IMG/VR virus record: IMGVR_UViG_2974528200_000001
Coordinates: 27,511-91,510 of that record
Length of the DNA: 64,000 nt
Origin: a virus
Lineage: Duplodnaviria; Caudoviricetes
Strand: one strand, 5' to 3'
Positions within the stretch are counted from its first letter, which is position 1. Each line of letters starts with the position of its first letter. The position numbers were made by a program, and so were the translations under genes. Of this stretch, positions 36,047 to 48,413 are shown one piece after another. Under the pieces are notes generated by a model. It was given only the letters and a program-made list of their open reading frames with translations. It was not told where the DNA came from and made no database searches.

Positions 36047-36139
36047 ACTGGCCAAAGAATGACTGGTGGAACAACCCGGCACCCGGCTGGGAGACCGTGG
36101 CCGAGGATTTGATCTTCGGAACAGAGGAAGAGGAGGACA

Positions 36140-37774
36140 GTGAACCAGACAGCCTATGACCGCGTCATCGACGCGTTCCGGCAGTACGGCTGCATCGTCG
36201 AGGAGAAGTCGCACGGTGTCGCCAGCGTTCAGGCCCCCGGTCACTCGGGTGCCGACCGATCGGTCTCGGTCACACAGATCGAGGGCCAGGCTCTGGTTCA
36301 CTGCTTCTCCGACGACACCAACGACGTTCTCGAACAGGTCGGTCTCACCCTGACTGATCTGTTCGACGAGCCGAAGAAGGGTGTTGACTATAAGTACGAA
36401 GACGGGCGTGTTGTCCACCGCAGCCCGGACAAGAAGTTCCACCAGCAAGGAAACACCAAGGGCTCCAAGCTCTACCGCGCGTCCAAGCTCGCCGAAGCCG
36501 ACGAGATCTGGTTCTGCGAGGGCGAGAAAGATGTCCACGCACTCGAGCGTCTCGGCCTGACCGCCACCACCAACGCAGGCGGTGCTGGCAACATCAAGAA
36601 CTTCGACCTGACGCCCCTGGTGGGTAAGAAGCTCGTCATCATCCGCGACGATGATGAAGCCGGCATGAAGCACGCCAACGCACTGTGGTCTGCTCTGGCC
36701 CAGGACGTGAAGTCCATTCGTGTCGTCACCGCGGCAGAGGGTAAGGATGCCGCCGACCATGTCGCCGCCCAGCGTGGTGTCGACGACTTCATCGAGGACG
36801 ACTCGTTCGCCACCCGCGTCATGCAGCGCGAGCTCTGGAACACATGGAAGGCGAACAAGGACGCCGACGCGGACCAGTTCCTGCAAGCGCTCGAGAAGGA
36901 GATTCGTCGACTCCGACCAGCCGAGGACACCTCCCAGCTGTACTCGTGGGACGATGCCCTGCAGAAGTGGTTCGAATGGTACGAGGCACCAGAGTCGGAG
37001 CGTCGTGTCATCCCCACCCCATGGCCCAAGCTCAACCAGGTCCTCGCCGGCGGATTCCACGCTGGCCGTTCCTATCTGATCGTTGCCCGACCAGGTGTGG
37101 GTAAGTCTCTCGTGCTCGGCAACGGGGCCCTATTCGCTGCCCTCGAAGCGTGGCAGCAGACCGCCCTGTTCTCTCTCGAGATGGGGCACGTCGAGATCGT
37201 GTCGCGCGCGCTCGCTGCCGGTGCCGATGCCAACTACGGCCAGATCACCAAGCGCGAGATCGACGAATACAACTTCGGGCTCATCTCGCAATTCTTCAAC
37301 CGGTCCGCCGGCATGCCGCTGACCATCGGCGACACCCCGAACCTGACCATCGACAAGGCATTCAACTACGTCGACCACCTCGCCAACCGCGAGCAGGGTC
37401 TCGACATCGCGTTCTTCGACTACGCACAGCTCATCAAGGGCAAGGCGGGGCAGAAGTCCACCGAGTCCAACGAAGAGGTCTCGCGCGGACTCAAGGTCAT
37501 GTCGCGCATGTACAACATCCCCGTCGTGTCCGCGGCCCAGGCCAACCGTGAGGGCGTCAAGGACGGTGGCGCACCCACCATGGAGAACATCCGCGGTGCC
37601 GGTGCCTACGAGCAGGACGCCGACGTCATCATCATCCTGGACCTCGAGACCGAGGAGCAGCCACCTCATATGCCCACCGGCATGATCGATTTCATCGTCA
37701 CCAAGAACCGAACCGGTGCGCAGCAGACCATCTCCATGCAGTGGCGTCCGAACAGAGCCAAGATCACCGAGTGA
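36140..37774 (+). CDS. Fused TOPRIM primase / DnaB-like helicase
   Basis: CEGEKD, DDDEAG, KDAAD TOPRIM motifs; ARPGVGKS Walker A, FSLEM, DY, AQANR, AYEQDAD, KNR. Confidence 0.93.
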   Translation: MNQTAYDRVIDAFRQYGCIVEEKSHGVASVQAPGHSGADRSVSVTQIEGQALVHCFSDDTNDVLEQVGLTLTDLFDEPKKGVDYKYEDGRVVHRSPDKKFHQQGNTKGSKLYRASKLAEADEIWFCEGEKDVHALERLGLTATTNAGGAGNIKNFDLTPLVGKKLVIIRDDDEAGMKHANALWSALAQDVKSIRVVTAAEGKDAADHVAAQRGVDDFIEDDSFATRVMQRELWNTWKANKDADADQFLQALEKEIRRLRPAEDTSQLYSWDDALQKWFEWYEAPESERRVIPTPWPKLNQVLAGGFHAGRSYLIVARPGVGKSLVLGNGALFAALEAWQQTALFSLEMGHVEIVSRALAAGADANYGQITKREIDEYNFGLISQFFNRSAGMPLTIGDTPNLTIDKAFNYVDHLANREQGLDIAFFDYAQLIKGKAGQKSTESNEEVSRGLKVMSRMYNIPVVSAAQANREGVKDGGAPTMENIRGAGAYEQDADVIIILDLETEEQPPHMPTGMIDFIVTKNRTGAQQTISMQWRPNRAKITE

Positions 37775-37817
37775 ACGCTCGGTCTGTCTACTATCTAATG
37801 GTATAGTGGACAGCATC

Positions 37818-38111
37818 ATGAGTCAGCCATACAAGATCATCGTCTACTCGAAGCCGGCCTGCGTTCAGTGCAATGCGGTCAAGAAGTGGCTGGACGAGCG
37901 CCAGATCGCCTACGAGACCTTCGATGTCACCACCGACGACGGTGCAGAAGGGTTCGCCAAGATCACCGGGTGGGGCTACCAGCAGGTGCCCGTCACCGTC
38001 GTCCGCGACACCGAGACCAGCGAGCTCGTCGAGCACTTCGGCGGCAACGCCGTCAGCAAACTCTTGGGCTACTTCCCCAAGGACCAATTCCCCCGCATCA
38101 AGAAGAAATGA
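37818..38111 (+). CDS. nrdH: NrdH-like glutaredoxin
   Basis: VYSKPACVQC, GYQQVPV. Confidence 0.88.
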   Translation: MSQPYKIIVYSKPACVQCNAVKKWLDERQIAYETFDVTTDDGAEGFAKITGWGYQQVPVTVVRDTETSELVEHFGGNAVSKLLGYFPKDQFPRIKKK

Positions 38112-38120
38112 GGCCCCACA

Positions 38121-38633
38121 ATGGCAAATGACACCGTCATCACCGTCATCGGCAACCTGACCGCCGACCCCGAGCTCAGGTTCACACCATCCGGGGCGGC
38201 GGTTGCCAACATGACCGTCGCGTCGACCCCGCGGTACTTCGACAAGCAGAGCAACGAGTGGAAGGATGCCGAGGCACTCTTCCTGCGCTGCAACGTCTGG
38301 CGCGAGTACGCCGAGAACGTGACAGAGTCGCTGCAGAAGGGCGCGCGCGTCATCGTCCAGGGCAAGCTCAAGCAGCGCTCCTACGAGACCAAGGAGGGCG
38401 AGAAGCGCACCACCTACGAGCTCGAGGTCGAGGAGATCGGCCCCGCACTCCGGTACGCCACCGCTCGGGTCACCAAGTCCCAGCGCGGCGGCTTCGGCGG
38501 CGGCAACAACGACTTCAGCGGTGGCCTGCAGAACCAGGGCATCGACCAGGTCTCCGCGGCGGCGAACAACTTCGCCGCAGCCGGCGCGACGGGTGGCGGC
38601 GATCCCTGGGCCAGCAACGAACCGCCGTTCTGA
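38121..38633 (+). CDS. ssb: Single-stranded DNA-binding protein
   Basis: [23 protein letters not shown]...; C-terminal EPPF. Confidence 0.97.
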   Translation: MANDTVITVIGNLTADPELRFTPSGAAVANMTVASTPRYFDKQSNEWKDAEALFLRCNVWREYAENVTESLQKGARVIVQGKLKQRSYETKEGEKRTTYELEVEEIGPALRYATARVTKSQRGGFGGGNNDFSGGLQNQGIDQVSAAANNFAAAGATGGGDPWASNEPPF

Positions 38634-38637
38634 GTCG

Positions 38638-38928
38638 ATGTCTGACCCATTCCAGCTGTCGATGCTGCGGTTGCCCCCGGACTATCTCGAACCGGTCCGG
38701 GAGCAACTGCTCACCGGCGTGCTGACCAGCAGCCCCGAGGACATCGTGGACGTCATGATCGACCTCCACACGGCACTGGCAAAGATGGCCGTCGCCAGTG
38801 CCCACCTCCCAGGGCCCGCCGGCCAGATCGCCGCCAAGGCAGTCGATTCCGTCATGCAAGAGGCTGCGCGGCTATCGATCGAACGTCAGATCTTCCGCGA
38901 GGTGCTGACAATCCCTGGCCAGGGGTAA
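38638..38928 (+). CDS. Hypothetical protein
   Basis: Operon spacing. Confidence 0.55.
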   Translation: MSDPFQLSMLRLPPDYLEPVREQLLTGVLTSSPEDIVDVMIDLHTALAKMAVASAHLPGPAGQIAAKAVDSVMQEAARLSIERQIFREVLTIPGQG

Positions 38929-38932
38929 CTCA

Positions 38933-39247
38933 ATGGCCAATGACTCGCGCGACTGGATGATCCACGCCTACTGCCGCGGCAAAGACCCCAAGCATTGGGA
39001 GTCCGATAACCGCGGCGGTGGGCAGGAAACCAAGGCCCGCAGGGCATGTGCCCCATGCAAGATGCACCAGCAGTGTGCGGCCTACCACATCCGGGATCTC
39101 AAGAACTGCCCACCACTCGGTGTCGTTGTTGCCGGCGTCCCCATCAAGGAATCCCGAGACGACGACTGGCATCAGCAGATCGAACAACTACGACAGATAG
39201 CGAGGGGAAACGATGAGTTGGAGCCCACAGATCCACTTCAAGGGTGA
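38933..39247 (+). CDS. WhiB-family transcription factor
   Basis: W...A.C...DP..W...A...C..C.....C and GVVVAG variant of the GVWGG turn. Confidence 0.8.
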   Translation: MANDSRDWMIHAYCRGKDPKHWESDNRGGGQETKARRACAPCKMHQQCAAYHIRDLKNCPPLGVVVAGVPIKESRDDDWHQQIEQLRQIARGNDELEPTDPLQG

Positions 39248-39491
39248 CATCGTCGAAGACGTCCTGGCCGACCCGGACCGCGTCTACGGGCCATCCGAGC
39301 CGCCCATCGAGGAGTCGTTCAAGGCCATCGGAGCCGAGTACGACGCCGAGAATGACGTCACCACAGTGACTCTCAAGCCGATCACCCGCACCGAAGCCCT
39401 CGAGCAGGCCGTCGCGACCTACGGTGACGACCTCGACAAGCTCAAGCGACTCGACCGGGCAGGACTGCTCAGTGGAACCGCGCACCAGTAG
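39213..39491 (+). CDS. Hypothetical protein
   Basis: GAGGGG SD, typical codon usage. Confidence 0.55.
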   Translation: MSWSPQIHFKGDIVEDVLADPDRVYGPSEPPIEESFKAIGAEYDAENDVTTVTLKPITRTEALEQAVATYGDDLDKLKRLDRAGLLSGTAHQ

Positions 39492-40176
39492 CCACACCCT
39501 GGTCTACATCGTCAGGCCGGGAGAGAACGAAGAGCTCCGCATGTCACTGCGGTCGATTCAGAACCTCCCGCACGACGAGGTGTGGATCGTCGGCGACAAG
39601 CCCTCGTGGGTGAGCGATGAGGTCAACTTCATCCAGGGCAACTTCGGACCAACCTCACATGCCAACGTGTACAACAACATTCGCCTGGCATGCGCTCACC
39701 CCGACGTCGCCGACGAGTTCGTCATCATGAACGACGACTTCTTCATCACCGAGCCAATGTCAACCATCGGCAGTTGGTACCGCTCCACCCTCGACGAGCA
39801 CATCGCTCTGCCGCGGGTCCAGCGCCAACGCGGATGGTGGCTCGAATCGCTCACACTCACCCGAATTGCACTGCTGGCACACGGAATCAAGGTGCCGCTC
39901 AGCTACGAGCTGCACGTACCGTTCCTAGTCGACAAGGCAGCAATGGGGGAGACGCTCACCCAGTTCTCCTACGTCAACCCAGACAACCCCCCGCAGTGGC
40001 GTTCGCTCTACGGCAACATGCACCAGGTTCCGGCAGAGCCACGCGAGGACTGCAAACGCTACATCGGGAACGAACTCGTCAGGCCGCTCCACTCCTGCGA
40101 CGACGGATCGTTCTTTCTCATCGAACACGAGCTTCAGCAGCTCTTCCCCGAACCATCGAAGTATGAGGTGACATGA
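39472..40176 (+). CDS. Stealth-like (CR2) sugar-phosphate transferase
   Basis: EELRMSLRSI...VWIVGDKPSW and EFVIMNDDFF resemble Stealth CR2; H.P motif. Confidence 0.6.
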   Translation: MEPRTSSHTLVYIVRPGENEELRMSLRSIQNLPHDEVWIVGDKPSWVSDEVNFIQGNFGPTSHANVYNNIRLACAHPDVADEFVIMNDDFFITEPMSTIGSWYRSTLDEHIALPRVQRQRGWWLESLTLTRIALLAHGIKVPLSYELHVPFLVDKAAMGETLTQFSYVNPDNPPQWRSLYGNMHQVPAEPREDCKRYIGNELVRPLHSCDDGSFFLIEHELQQLFPEPSKYEVT

Positions 40177-40421
40177 TAGCCGCCGCGATCAACCAAGGTC
40201 AGGTGGGCCAGAAGGCAAAGATCGGCACCCTCGACGGCCTGATCTTGTCTGTCGATCACCGAATCCGCGGCGGTCTCAAGGACCTTCGCAAACGCCATGC
40301 CGTCGACATCCATCTTGTGCTCGACACCCCCAAGGGCATCAAGCACATCGTCGTCAGTCCGCGGACCGACATCCAGCTGTTCCCATCCGTCATGCCCAAC
40401 CATTGGAGAACCCATGAGTGA
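40173..40421 (+). CDS. Hypothetical protein
   Basis: GAGGTG SD, ATGA overlap. Confidence 0.55.
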   Translation: MIAAAINQGQVGQKAKIGTLDGLILSVDHRIRGGLKDLRKRHAVDIHLVLDTPKGIKHIVVSPRTDIQLFPSVMPNHWRTHE

Positions 40422-40767
40422 CAACAGCTTCTACGACGCCAATCTCGACCCGAGCGCTTTCATGAGCGGTGGGATCGTCCCGATGCCCGAGGGGCCCGTC
40501 GAGTTCGACTACAGCGCATCGTTCTTCGACGACTTCGCGTATGACGCCGACCGCCACACCCAGGATCTGCTCAGCCACATCTACGCCAACGAGATCGCTG
40601 GCAAGTGGACGCTCATCCCCGAGGGGCACCCGGTCGAGATCGTCAGCCAGCCCGACGATGAGCGCGGCGTCCTGAACTGGGTCGTCCTCGGCGACGAGCT
40701 CCACAAGGTCCGGATCTACGACGACGCCAACGGCAACCGCTGGGCCCGCGAGGACTCCGAGGACTGA
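40414..40767 (+). CDS. Hypothetical acidic protein
   Basis: GGAG SD. Confidence 0.55.
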   Translation: MSDNSFYDANLDPSAFMSGGIVPMPEGPVEFDYSASFFDDFAYDADRHTQDLLSHIYANEIAGKWTLIPEGHPVEIVSQPDDERGVLNWVVLGDELHKVRIYDDANGNRWAREDSED

Positions 40768-40771
40768 TCCG

Positions 40772-41209
40772 GTGACCAGCCGGCGCTGCAAGGACTGCGC
40801 AGCAGAGGGTGTCACGTCGCGCCGCAAGGCCCCATATCCGGGGCCGCGGTGCCACACCCACAACAACCAGAAGCGAAAAGCCCGCAGGTCCAACGACCAC
40901 GCCCGACGACTCGAGGCTGTCTACAACATCTCGATCGACGAGTACAACGAGATCCTTGACCACCAGGACGGGCGTTGCGCCATCTGCCAGCGCGCGACCG
41001 GGAAGTCGAAACGTCTCAGCGTCGACCACTGGCATGACCCCAACGGCGGCGGCTACGTCCGCGGGCTCCTCTGCGGGCCCTGCAATCGCGACGTCCTCGG
41101 CCACCTGCGTGACAACGTCGAAGCCCTCCAGCGGGCCATCGACTACCTCGAAAACCCACCAGCACTCAACGTCATCGGGAAGCGCTACGTCCCGTTCGAC
41201 GAGGAATAG
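40772..41209 (+). CDS. Endonuclease VII (Holliday junction resolvase-like)
   Basis: Y.I...Y......Q.G.CAIC...L.VDH.H...VRGLLC..CN...LG. Confidence 0.92.
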   Translation: MTSRRCKDCAAEGVTSRRKAPYPGPRCHTHNNQKRKARRSNDHARRLEAVYNISIDEYNEILDHQDGRCAICQRATGKSKRLSVDHWHDPNGGGYVRGLLCGPCNRDVLGHLRDNVEALQRAIDYLENPPALNVIGKRYVPFDEE

Positions 41210-41216
41210 GAGCACC

Positions 41217-41618
41217 ATGATCACCGAACTACTCATCGCCTACGTCATCGGCTTCGTCGCCTTCCTGCCCGGTCTGCGCTACCTCTCCGGCCACGTCCCC
41301 GGAGACGACATCGGCAGCGGCGTCCGCTGGACCGCCGCAGCCATGATTTCGCTCCTCTGGCCTCTCATCGTCGTCGTGTTCTTCGTTCGGCACGTGCTGT
41401 CGATCCTCGTGCCGTGGTGGTTGCCGCCGGTCAAGTTGGCGGCGTTCCTCGAGCATCAGCGCATGACCCAGGTCGCCGGCGACAACAGCACCCAGGTCCG
41501 GTCCGTCGGTGACGCCCACATCCGCATCACCCCGAGCTTCAGCGGCGTCGCGGACAACATCAGCTGGGAGGCCGAGCAGCGCCGCGCCGCCAGCCAGCAG
41601 GGCAAGAACCTCCGATGA
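41217..41618 (+). CDS. Membrane protein
   Basis: Two TM segments; AGGAG SD. Confidence 0.6.
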   Translation: MITELLIAYVIGFVAFLPGLRYLSGHVPGDDIGSGVRWTAAAMISLLWPLIVVVFFVRHVLSILVPWWLPPVKLAAFLEHQRMTQVAGDNSTQVRSVGDAHIRITPSFSGVADNISWEAEQRRAASQQGKNLR

Positions 41619-42217
41619 GCGAGGGGGAGCCGCGGAAGCGCAAGGTCGTCGAGACCCGACACTTCACCACATCGGGCCGCAAGGAGGACTCCGAGGCCGC
41701 GCGCAACCAGCGTGACCGCGAGTTCCTTCGGGATGTCGCAGTACCCGGTGATGACGACGAGTACTTCAACGCTCCGTTCGTCAACCTGCGGCTCCCTCCC
41801 ACCGCGGACCTGCCCTCAGTCGAGATCTTCAACCCCATGGGCCTGCGCATGGCCGCTGTGTTCAAGCAACTCGGCTACGTGCGCCTCCCGGAGCGAGAGA
41901 AGGTCCGCTGGCTCCCCAGCGCCGGCATGGCCGGTCGGATCAGCGAGATGGACCAAGGCACCTGGGTGGAACGCAACGACGACGGCAGCTGGCCCTCGCT
42001 CGACCCGCTCGACCACATCGTGCCCGAAGACATCAAGACCGAACCGACACCCGAGGAAGACTTCCCCGACGGTATCGACGCAGACCACCGATACAAGGCG
42101 GTCTACACACCCACCGGACACTTCGCATATGGACGAAAGCCGTTGAACGCCCACAAGAATCTCCTCGAGAAACTCGAACGCATCGAGGAGCGGGGAGAGT
42201 CACACTCAGACGAATAG
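41615..42217 (+). CDS. Hypothetical protein (possibly DUF2744-like)
   Basis: LP...N....LGY...PE...V.W.P...G.WV pattern. Confidence 0.5.
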   Translation: MSEGEPRKRKVVETRHFTTSGRKEDSEAARNQRDREFLRDVAVPGDDDEYFNAPFVNLRLPPTADLPSVEIFNPMGLRMAAVFKQLGYVRLPEREKVRWLPSAGMAGRISEMDQGTWVERNDDGSWPSLDPLDHIVPEDIKTEPTPEEDFPDGIDADHRYKAVYTPTGHFAYGRKPLNAHKNLLEKLERIEERGESHSDE

Positions 42218-42236
42218 TCTGGTACTGTCTAATGTC

Positions 42237-42977
42237 ATGGTAGACAGTAGAAAGAAAGTCCTCACCGCGGTGGTTGGGTCGCATCTGCATGGCAACGCTC
42301 GACCAGATAGCGATCTCGACCTCCGCTCCGTCCATATCGAACCGACGCTGGCACTCACCGGCCTCGGCCCCCCGCCACCGACCACCAAGACCATTGCCGG
42401 CGACGCCGACCATGTGTCCTGGGAGGTCGGTTTTCTGTGCAAACAGGCACTTCAGGGCGAGATGAACTCGATCGAGATCCTCTACGCCGAGGACTACCCG
42501 CACAAGGCTGAGACCTACGAGGCCAACGAACTGTTCCGCATCCGCGACGACTTCCTCTCCCAGCGCATCAGGAAGAAGTGGCTCGGATTCGCCGACAAGC
42601 AGCTCAAGCTGATCGACCGCGGCATCACCCGCTACCACAACGAGCCCGACGTCGACCCGGTCAAGCGCATCAAGAAGCCCGCCTTCCACCTGATCCGCAC
42701 CATCGACGCACTCGGAACCGCCTGGGAGACCGGGGGATTCAACCCCCGACACCCGCACCCCGAGAACGTGACCCAGTGGATCGACGAGAACTGGAAGTCC
42801 CTCATGTTCGTCGCCACGCTGCAGACCGTCGTCAGCGAGATGTCCAAGCTCACCGAAGGCCCGACGCCGCTGCCCGAGGAGCCGCGCCTCGACCGCATCG
42901 ACCAGTACATCCGCAACATCCGAGCAACGCACTTCTTCGTCCCCCGCGAACACACACAGGAGACCAGCAATGGCTGA
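42237..42977 (+). CDS. Pol-beta superfamily nucleotidyltransferase
   Basis: VGSHLHGNARPDSDLDLRSV (GS...D.D), D...WE...F, N..EIL. Confidence 0.85.
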   Translation: MVDSRKKVLTAVVGSHLHGNARPDSDLDLRSVHIEPTLALTGLGPPPPTTKTIAGDADHVSWEVGFLCKQALQGEMNSIEILYAEDYPHKAETYEANELFRIRDDFLSQRIRKKWLGFADKQLKLIDRGITRYHNEPDVDPVKRIKKPAFHLIRTIDALGTAWETGGFNPRHPHPENVTQWIDENWKSLMFVATLQTVVSEMSKLTEGPTPLPEEPRLDRIDQYIRNIRATHFFVPREHTQETSNG

Positions 42978-43148
42978 TACCAAGATCATCACCAACATCA
43001 AGAACGCCGGCGGTGTCATCGGCGCACTGCAGGCCGGAGTCGTCCCCATGGGTACCGGCCCGGACGTCGACGAGTACGGCCAGATCGCCCAGCTCTGGGA
43101 GATGTTCAACGTCTACGTCAAGAACTTCGAGGAGAAGTACGGAATCCG

Positions 43149-43466
43149 ATGACCACCTACACCATGGACATTGACCGGCGGGCCGACGAGATCGGCGAGC
43201 AGGCATGGCTCGAGGCCCTCGAGGAGAGTGAGTGCGACAGCGCCCTCGAGTTCTACGACGGCATCGTCAACTTCTTCAAGACGGTAAAGCTCGAAGGCAA
43301 GCCGTACTTCGAGGCAGAGGTGCTCTACTGCGGCGTCACCGGGCGAGTCACCGACTTCCGCGCCCAGGTCATCGGCCACTACAACGACACCAAGGGCCGC
43401 TTCACCATGATGCTCGCCAACGGAGACAAGATCGTCTGCGTCAAGCCACAACCGGGGGTGCTGTGA
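43149..43466 (+). CDS. Hypothetical protein
   Basis: ATGA overlap. Confidence 0.55.
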   Translation: MTTYTMDIDRRADEIGEQAWLEALEESECDSALEFYDGIVNFFKTVKLEGKPYFEAEVLYCGVTGRVTDFRAQVIGHYNDTKGRFTMMLANGDKIVCVKPQPGVL

Positions 43467-44285
43467 TGCGGTCCCCCCAAAAGCTCAGGACGACCTGGCA
43501 GCTCCCCGCCGGCATCGAAGTCGAGCTCGAACTCGATATGACCTACGGCCACCCCATGGACGCCAAGATCCTCGCCCTGCTCGCAGAAGAGCTCGAGCGG
43601 GCATCCCGCGAGTTCCTCGATGTCCCGAAGAAGGAAGGCTGAAATGGCCCACTACACAGTGTGGTTCGTCAACCACACCTCGGCCTACATGTCCGTCGAG
43701 GCCGACACTCCGAACGAGGCTCTCGACTACGCTGACGAGCACTTCGAGTACCCCGGCCTCTGCCACCACTGCGCCGGCGATCGCGAAGATGGCGAATGGT
43801 TCGCCGAGGCCGTCGAGGACGCTGACGGGAACCTTGTGGTCCAGGGGCTGACACCGTGACCAACAAGGAACGCATCGCCGCCCTCGAAGCCCGGGTCGCC
43901 GCACTCGAGGCTGCACTCGCCCCCAAGGCAACCGAGCCGATGCTTGGTCCCGAGTTCCTCACCAGCATGGTAGACTCTGTGTCGAATCTCATTGGCGCGG
44001 TGAAGAAGTCGAACTCATGATCGGCGTCTTGGCAATCACGCTCATCTTCGGATTCGCTCTAGGACTGGCAGTTGGTATCGCCCTGTCTTGAAGAAGAAGC
44101 CCAAGAAGCGTTCGAACAGGACTTCCCATCTGTCCAATGGCTAAGTAGCCGTTGGACATTCATGGAGGACTACAAGTGAGCTACTGCATCGCCTGTGAGC
44201 GAGAAAACCCCGGCCCCCGACCAGAGGGCTGCAGTCGGCTGTGGTGTTTGCCATGGCTGGATAAAGAAGAGGAGGTCGAAAACGA

Positions 44286-44906
44286 ATGACAGAGAAGACA
44301 TTTCACATCGGCATTGACCTGGACGGAGTCTTGTACGACTTCGCCGGAGCACTGCGGAAGTTCCTGGTGAAGCACCACGGCTGGACCAGCGAGATGTGCG
44401 AGGAACCGCAGAGCTGGACGTTCTATGAGAACTGGGGCCTCAACGAGGAAGGCTTCCGGTTCGTGTGCAACCGCGCCGCGACCGTCGGCGAACTGTTCAA
44501 CGTCTCAGACTGCACAGACTGGGAGGCGGTCCGGCAGGTCCGGAGACTCTCCGAGTGTCCAAACCTGAAGCTGCACATCATCACTGCGCGGCACTTCGGC
44601 GCGCATTCGTCGATGTCCCACGAGGCGACCGCCAGTTGGCTGCGGCACCTGTTCGACTACGACACGCTCACGTTCTCCAACGACAAGACCATCATCAAGA
44701 CCGACTACTTCATCGAAGACTCGGCACGCAACCACGTCAAGCTACGCCGCAACGGAACCAAGTCCTACCTACTTACTCAGGCATGGAACCACAACGCCGT
44801 CGTCGACCCCGAGTACTGGACCGACAACGTAGACCGAGTCCAAACCGTCAGAGACTTCGTCGAAATCGTCCTCGACGAAACCCAACCCGCGGAGGTCCCA
44901 TTTTGA
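44286..44906 (+). CDS. HAD-family 5'(3')-deoxyribonucleotidase
   Basis: IGIDLDGVLYDF motif I, IITAR motif II, K...D..IEDS motif IV. Confidence 0.85.
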   Translation: MTEKTFHIGIDLDGVLYDFAGALRKFLVKHHGWTSEMCEEPQSWTFYENWGLNEEGFRFVCNRAATVGELFNVSDCTDWEAVRQVRRLSECPNLKLHIITARHFGAHSSMSHEATASWLRHLFDYDTLTFSNDKTIIKTDYFIEDSARNHVKLRRNGTKSYLLTQAWNHNAVVDPEYWTDNVDRVQTVRDFVEIVLDETQPAEVPF

Positions 44907-45783
44907 GCACCATCGAAACCAACGACAAAGGCCAGAACTTCGCCGTCGCCGACACTGGAGGCAAGAAGGAGAAGAAGCTCGCCCGCTACGACCTGATCCC
45001 CGCCGGCCCGCTCCTCGAGCTGGCTGAGCTGTATGGACGGGGCGCGAGCAAGTATGCAGATAGGAACTGGGAACTGGGATACGACTGGTCCCTGTCCTTC
45101 GCAGCCATGAACCGCCACGCCTGGCAGTTCTGGGACGGTGAGAACTACGACCCGGAAACCGGTGCCGCACACCTCGCTTCGGTCGCATGGCATGCGCTCG
45201 CACTCCTGCAGTTCATGCAGCAGACCGAGAAGTACGGACGCTTCGACGACCGACCAAGCACTGAAGCCATCGCCCAGGATGACACCGCGGTCGACGGTGA
45301 CGACCTGGACGCCAGCGACTGGGTCGTCCACGACGAATCCATGGACGAGTTCGCCGCGTACATCCAGAAGCTCAACGGCTACAACAAGATCACGATGGCG
45401 TGGCACGAGAACGAGGTCACCAAGACCCCCGGCGTCACCGCGTTCTACGACCCGACCGCCGCGGTCTACGAAGGACTCCCGGACGCCGGCGAAGAGGACG
45501 ACGTGGACCCCGTGGCCACCAGCCCGGAGCCGCCGCCGAACGTCGTTGACAACCTCGGTGATGCCTGGCCGAAGTACGACTACCGGGACCGCACAGGGTG
45601 GCTCCACCGCTACCTCTTCAAGGGCGAGCGGAGGGGTTGGCACCGCCGGCATGCCGCCCTCAATGGCGAATGGGTTCCGGTCCCGAAGTACGGCACACCA
45701 GAGCGTGATGTGTACGACCGCACCTACGGCCCCTTCACGTCCACCGCGCCCTACACCGGCCCGAACCCCGACACTGAGATCCG

Positions 45784-45787
<4 letters not shown>
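44903..45787 (+). CDS. DUF5664-like dATP/dGTP diphosphohydrolase domain protein
   Basis: TGG.K..K..RYDLIP...GASKY..RNWELG...AAM.RH...D.ETG..HLA...WHAL.L. Confidence 0.8.
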
Positions 45788-47138
<1,351 letters not shown>

Positions 47139-47516
47139 TGTACTTTCCGAAGATCTCATCGTGGTGGCACCGGGTGTGGCGCAAGCACTCCCAGGTCCGG
47201 AGGTCGGTGACCCGACCCATCGCCGACCCGTCCCGCGGAATCCTGATCAAGTGTTCATGCGGGGAGATGTGGGCCCTGTGATGGAATTTGACCCCGAGGA
47301 CATCACCTGGGAGCAGGAGTGCAAACTCCTTCGCGAGTTGCGGGACTTCCTGCTCGCCAGGGGTCGACTCGCCGACGCTACGATCCCCGGTCTATTCGTG
47401 GCAATCGAGGAGCTGATCGAGTTTCACGACGGCGACTGGTTGCCCACCAGCCTCCTGTCAAACTTCGCCAAGATCTGGGACCAACACCCCGGCTACAACA
47501 AGATGTGGGAGCACCT

Positions 47517-47714
47517 ATGAAAACACTCAGCCTGTCCCAGAAGGACATCGGGCGCATCTTGCGGATCGAAACCAAGATCAAGTCCAAGCCGATCCGCGGG
47601 AAGATCCTCGAGGTGATCAAGAACAAGGATCACATCCGCGTCGAACTGCAAACCGGGTTCGGGACCAAGCACATGATCCTCACCGCGGCCAACGAGGTCA
47701 GCTTCGACGATTAA
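47517..47714 (+). CDS. Hypothetical small basic protein
   Basis: GGAG SD, ATGA overlap. Confidence 0.55.
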   Translation: MKTLSLSQKDIGRILRIETKIKSKPIRGKILEVIKNKDHIRVELQTGFGTKHMILTAANEVSFDD

Positions 47715-47790
47715 CCGTGACCTGTCTAGCATCTAACGGTATACTAGACAGTGCTGGGGAGCACCACTGAACAAGACGGAGTCCTCTGCC

Positions 47791-48411
47791 ATGCGCGCAC
47801 TTGCCATCATCCTCGTTGTCATCCTGACATCCTGTGGCATCAACCTCGCGCAGGCAGGGGACTCTGTTGCAGGTGGATGTCCCACGGTCCAGCGATACGC
47901 AATCGGCGGCACCGGAGACCCCACCAGCACCCAGTTCCACAACCCGCCATACCCACGGGTCAACATCCAGTACCCAGCCGACGTCTACCGCGGCGACCAC
48001 TCACGACGGGTCGCCATGTACAACCTCGAAACCGAAGCACGCATAGTCCGAAACCACTGCCCGAACACCAGGATTGAAGTCTACGGATACTCCCTGGGTG
48101 CGTCGGCAGCATCGCTCGTCATCGACCGCTGGCAAACCGATCCGGTGATGAATCGCAACGTCCGGGCCTACTACTACGGCAACCCACGCCGACCGATTGA
48201 TGCGTCCGGTTACGGGGGCATTGAAGCCGCAGGCCTGCCCAGCATTCCGGGGGTTTACACCTGGCGGGGTCAGAGGATAACGGGCCCAATCCCGGTTCGG
48301 GAGTTTTGCGGTATGGACATCATCTGCTCGTCATCAGCCCCGATCCATCGCGACTTAGTGCATTCCTGGCGTGCGCTAATCGGTTACCTCACTACGGAGC
48401 ACAGGTACTAG
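47791..48411 (+). CDS. Secreted cutinase/PE-PPE-like serine hydrolase (possible LysB-like)
   Basis: Signal peptide; GGTGD, YPA, GYSLGA nucleophile elbow, GNP, D..C, H. Confidence 0.8.
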   Translation: MRALAIILVVILTSCGINLAQAGDSVAGGCPTVQRYAIGGTGDPTSTQFHNPPYPRVNIQYPADVYRGDHSRRVAMYNLETEARIVRNHCPNTRIEVYGYSLGASAASLVIDRWQTDPVMNRNVRAYYYGNPRRPIDASGYGGIEAAGLPSIPGVYTWRGQRITGPIPVREFCGMDIICSSSAPIHRDLVHSWRALIGYLTTEHRY

Positions 48412-48413
48412 AA

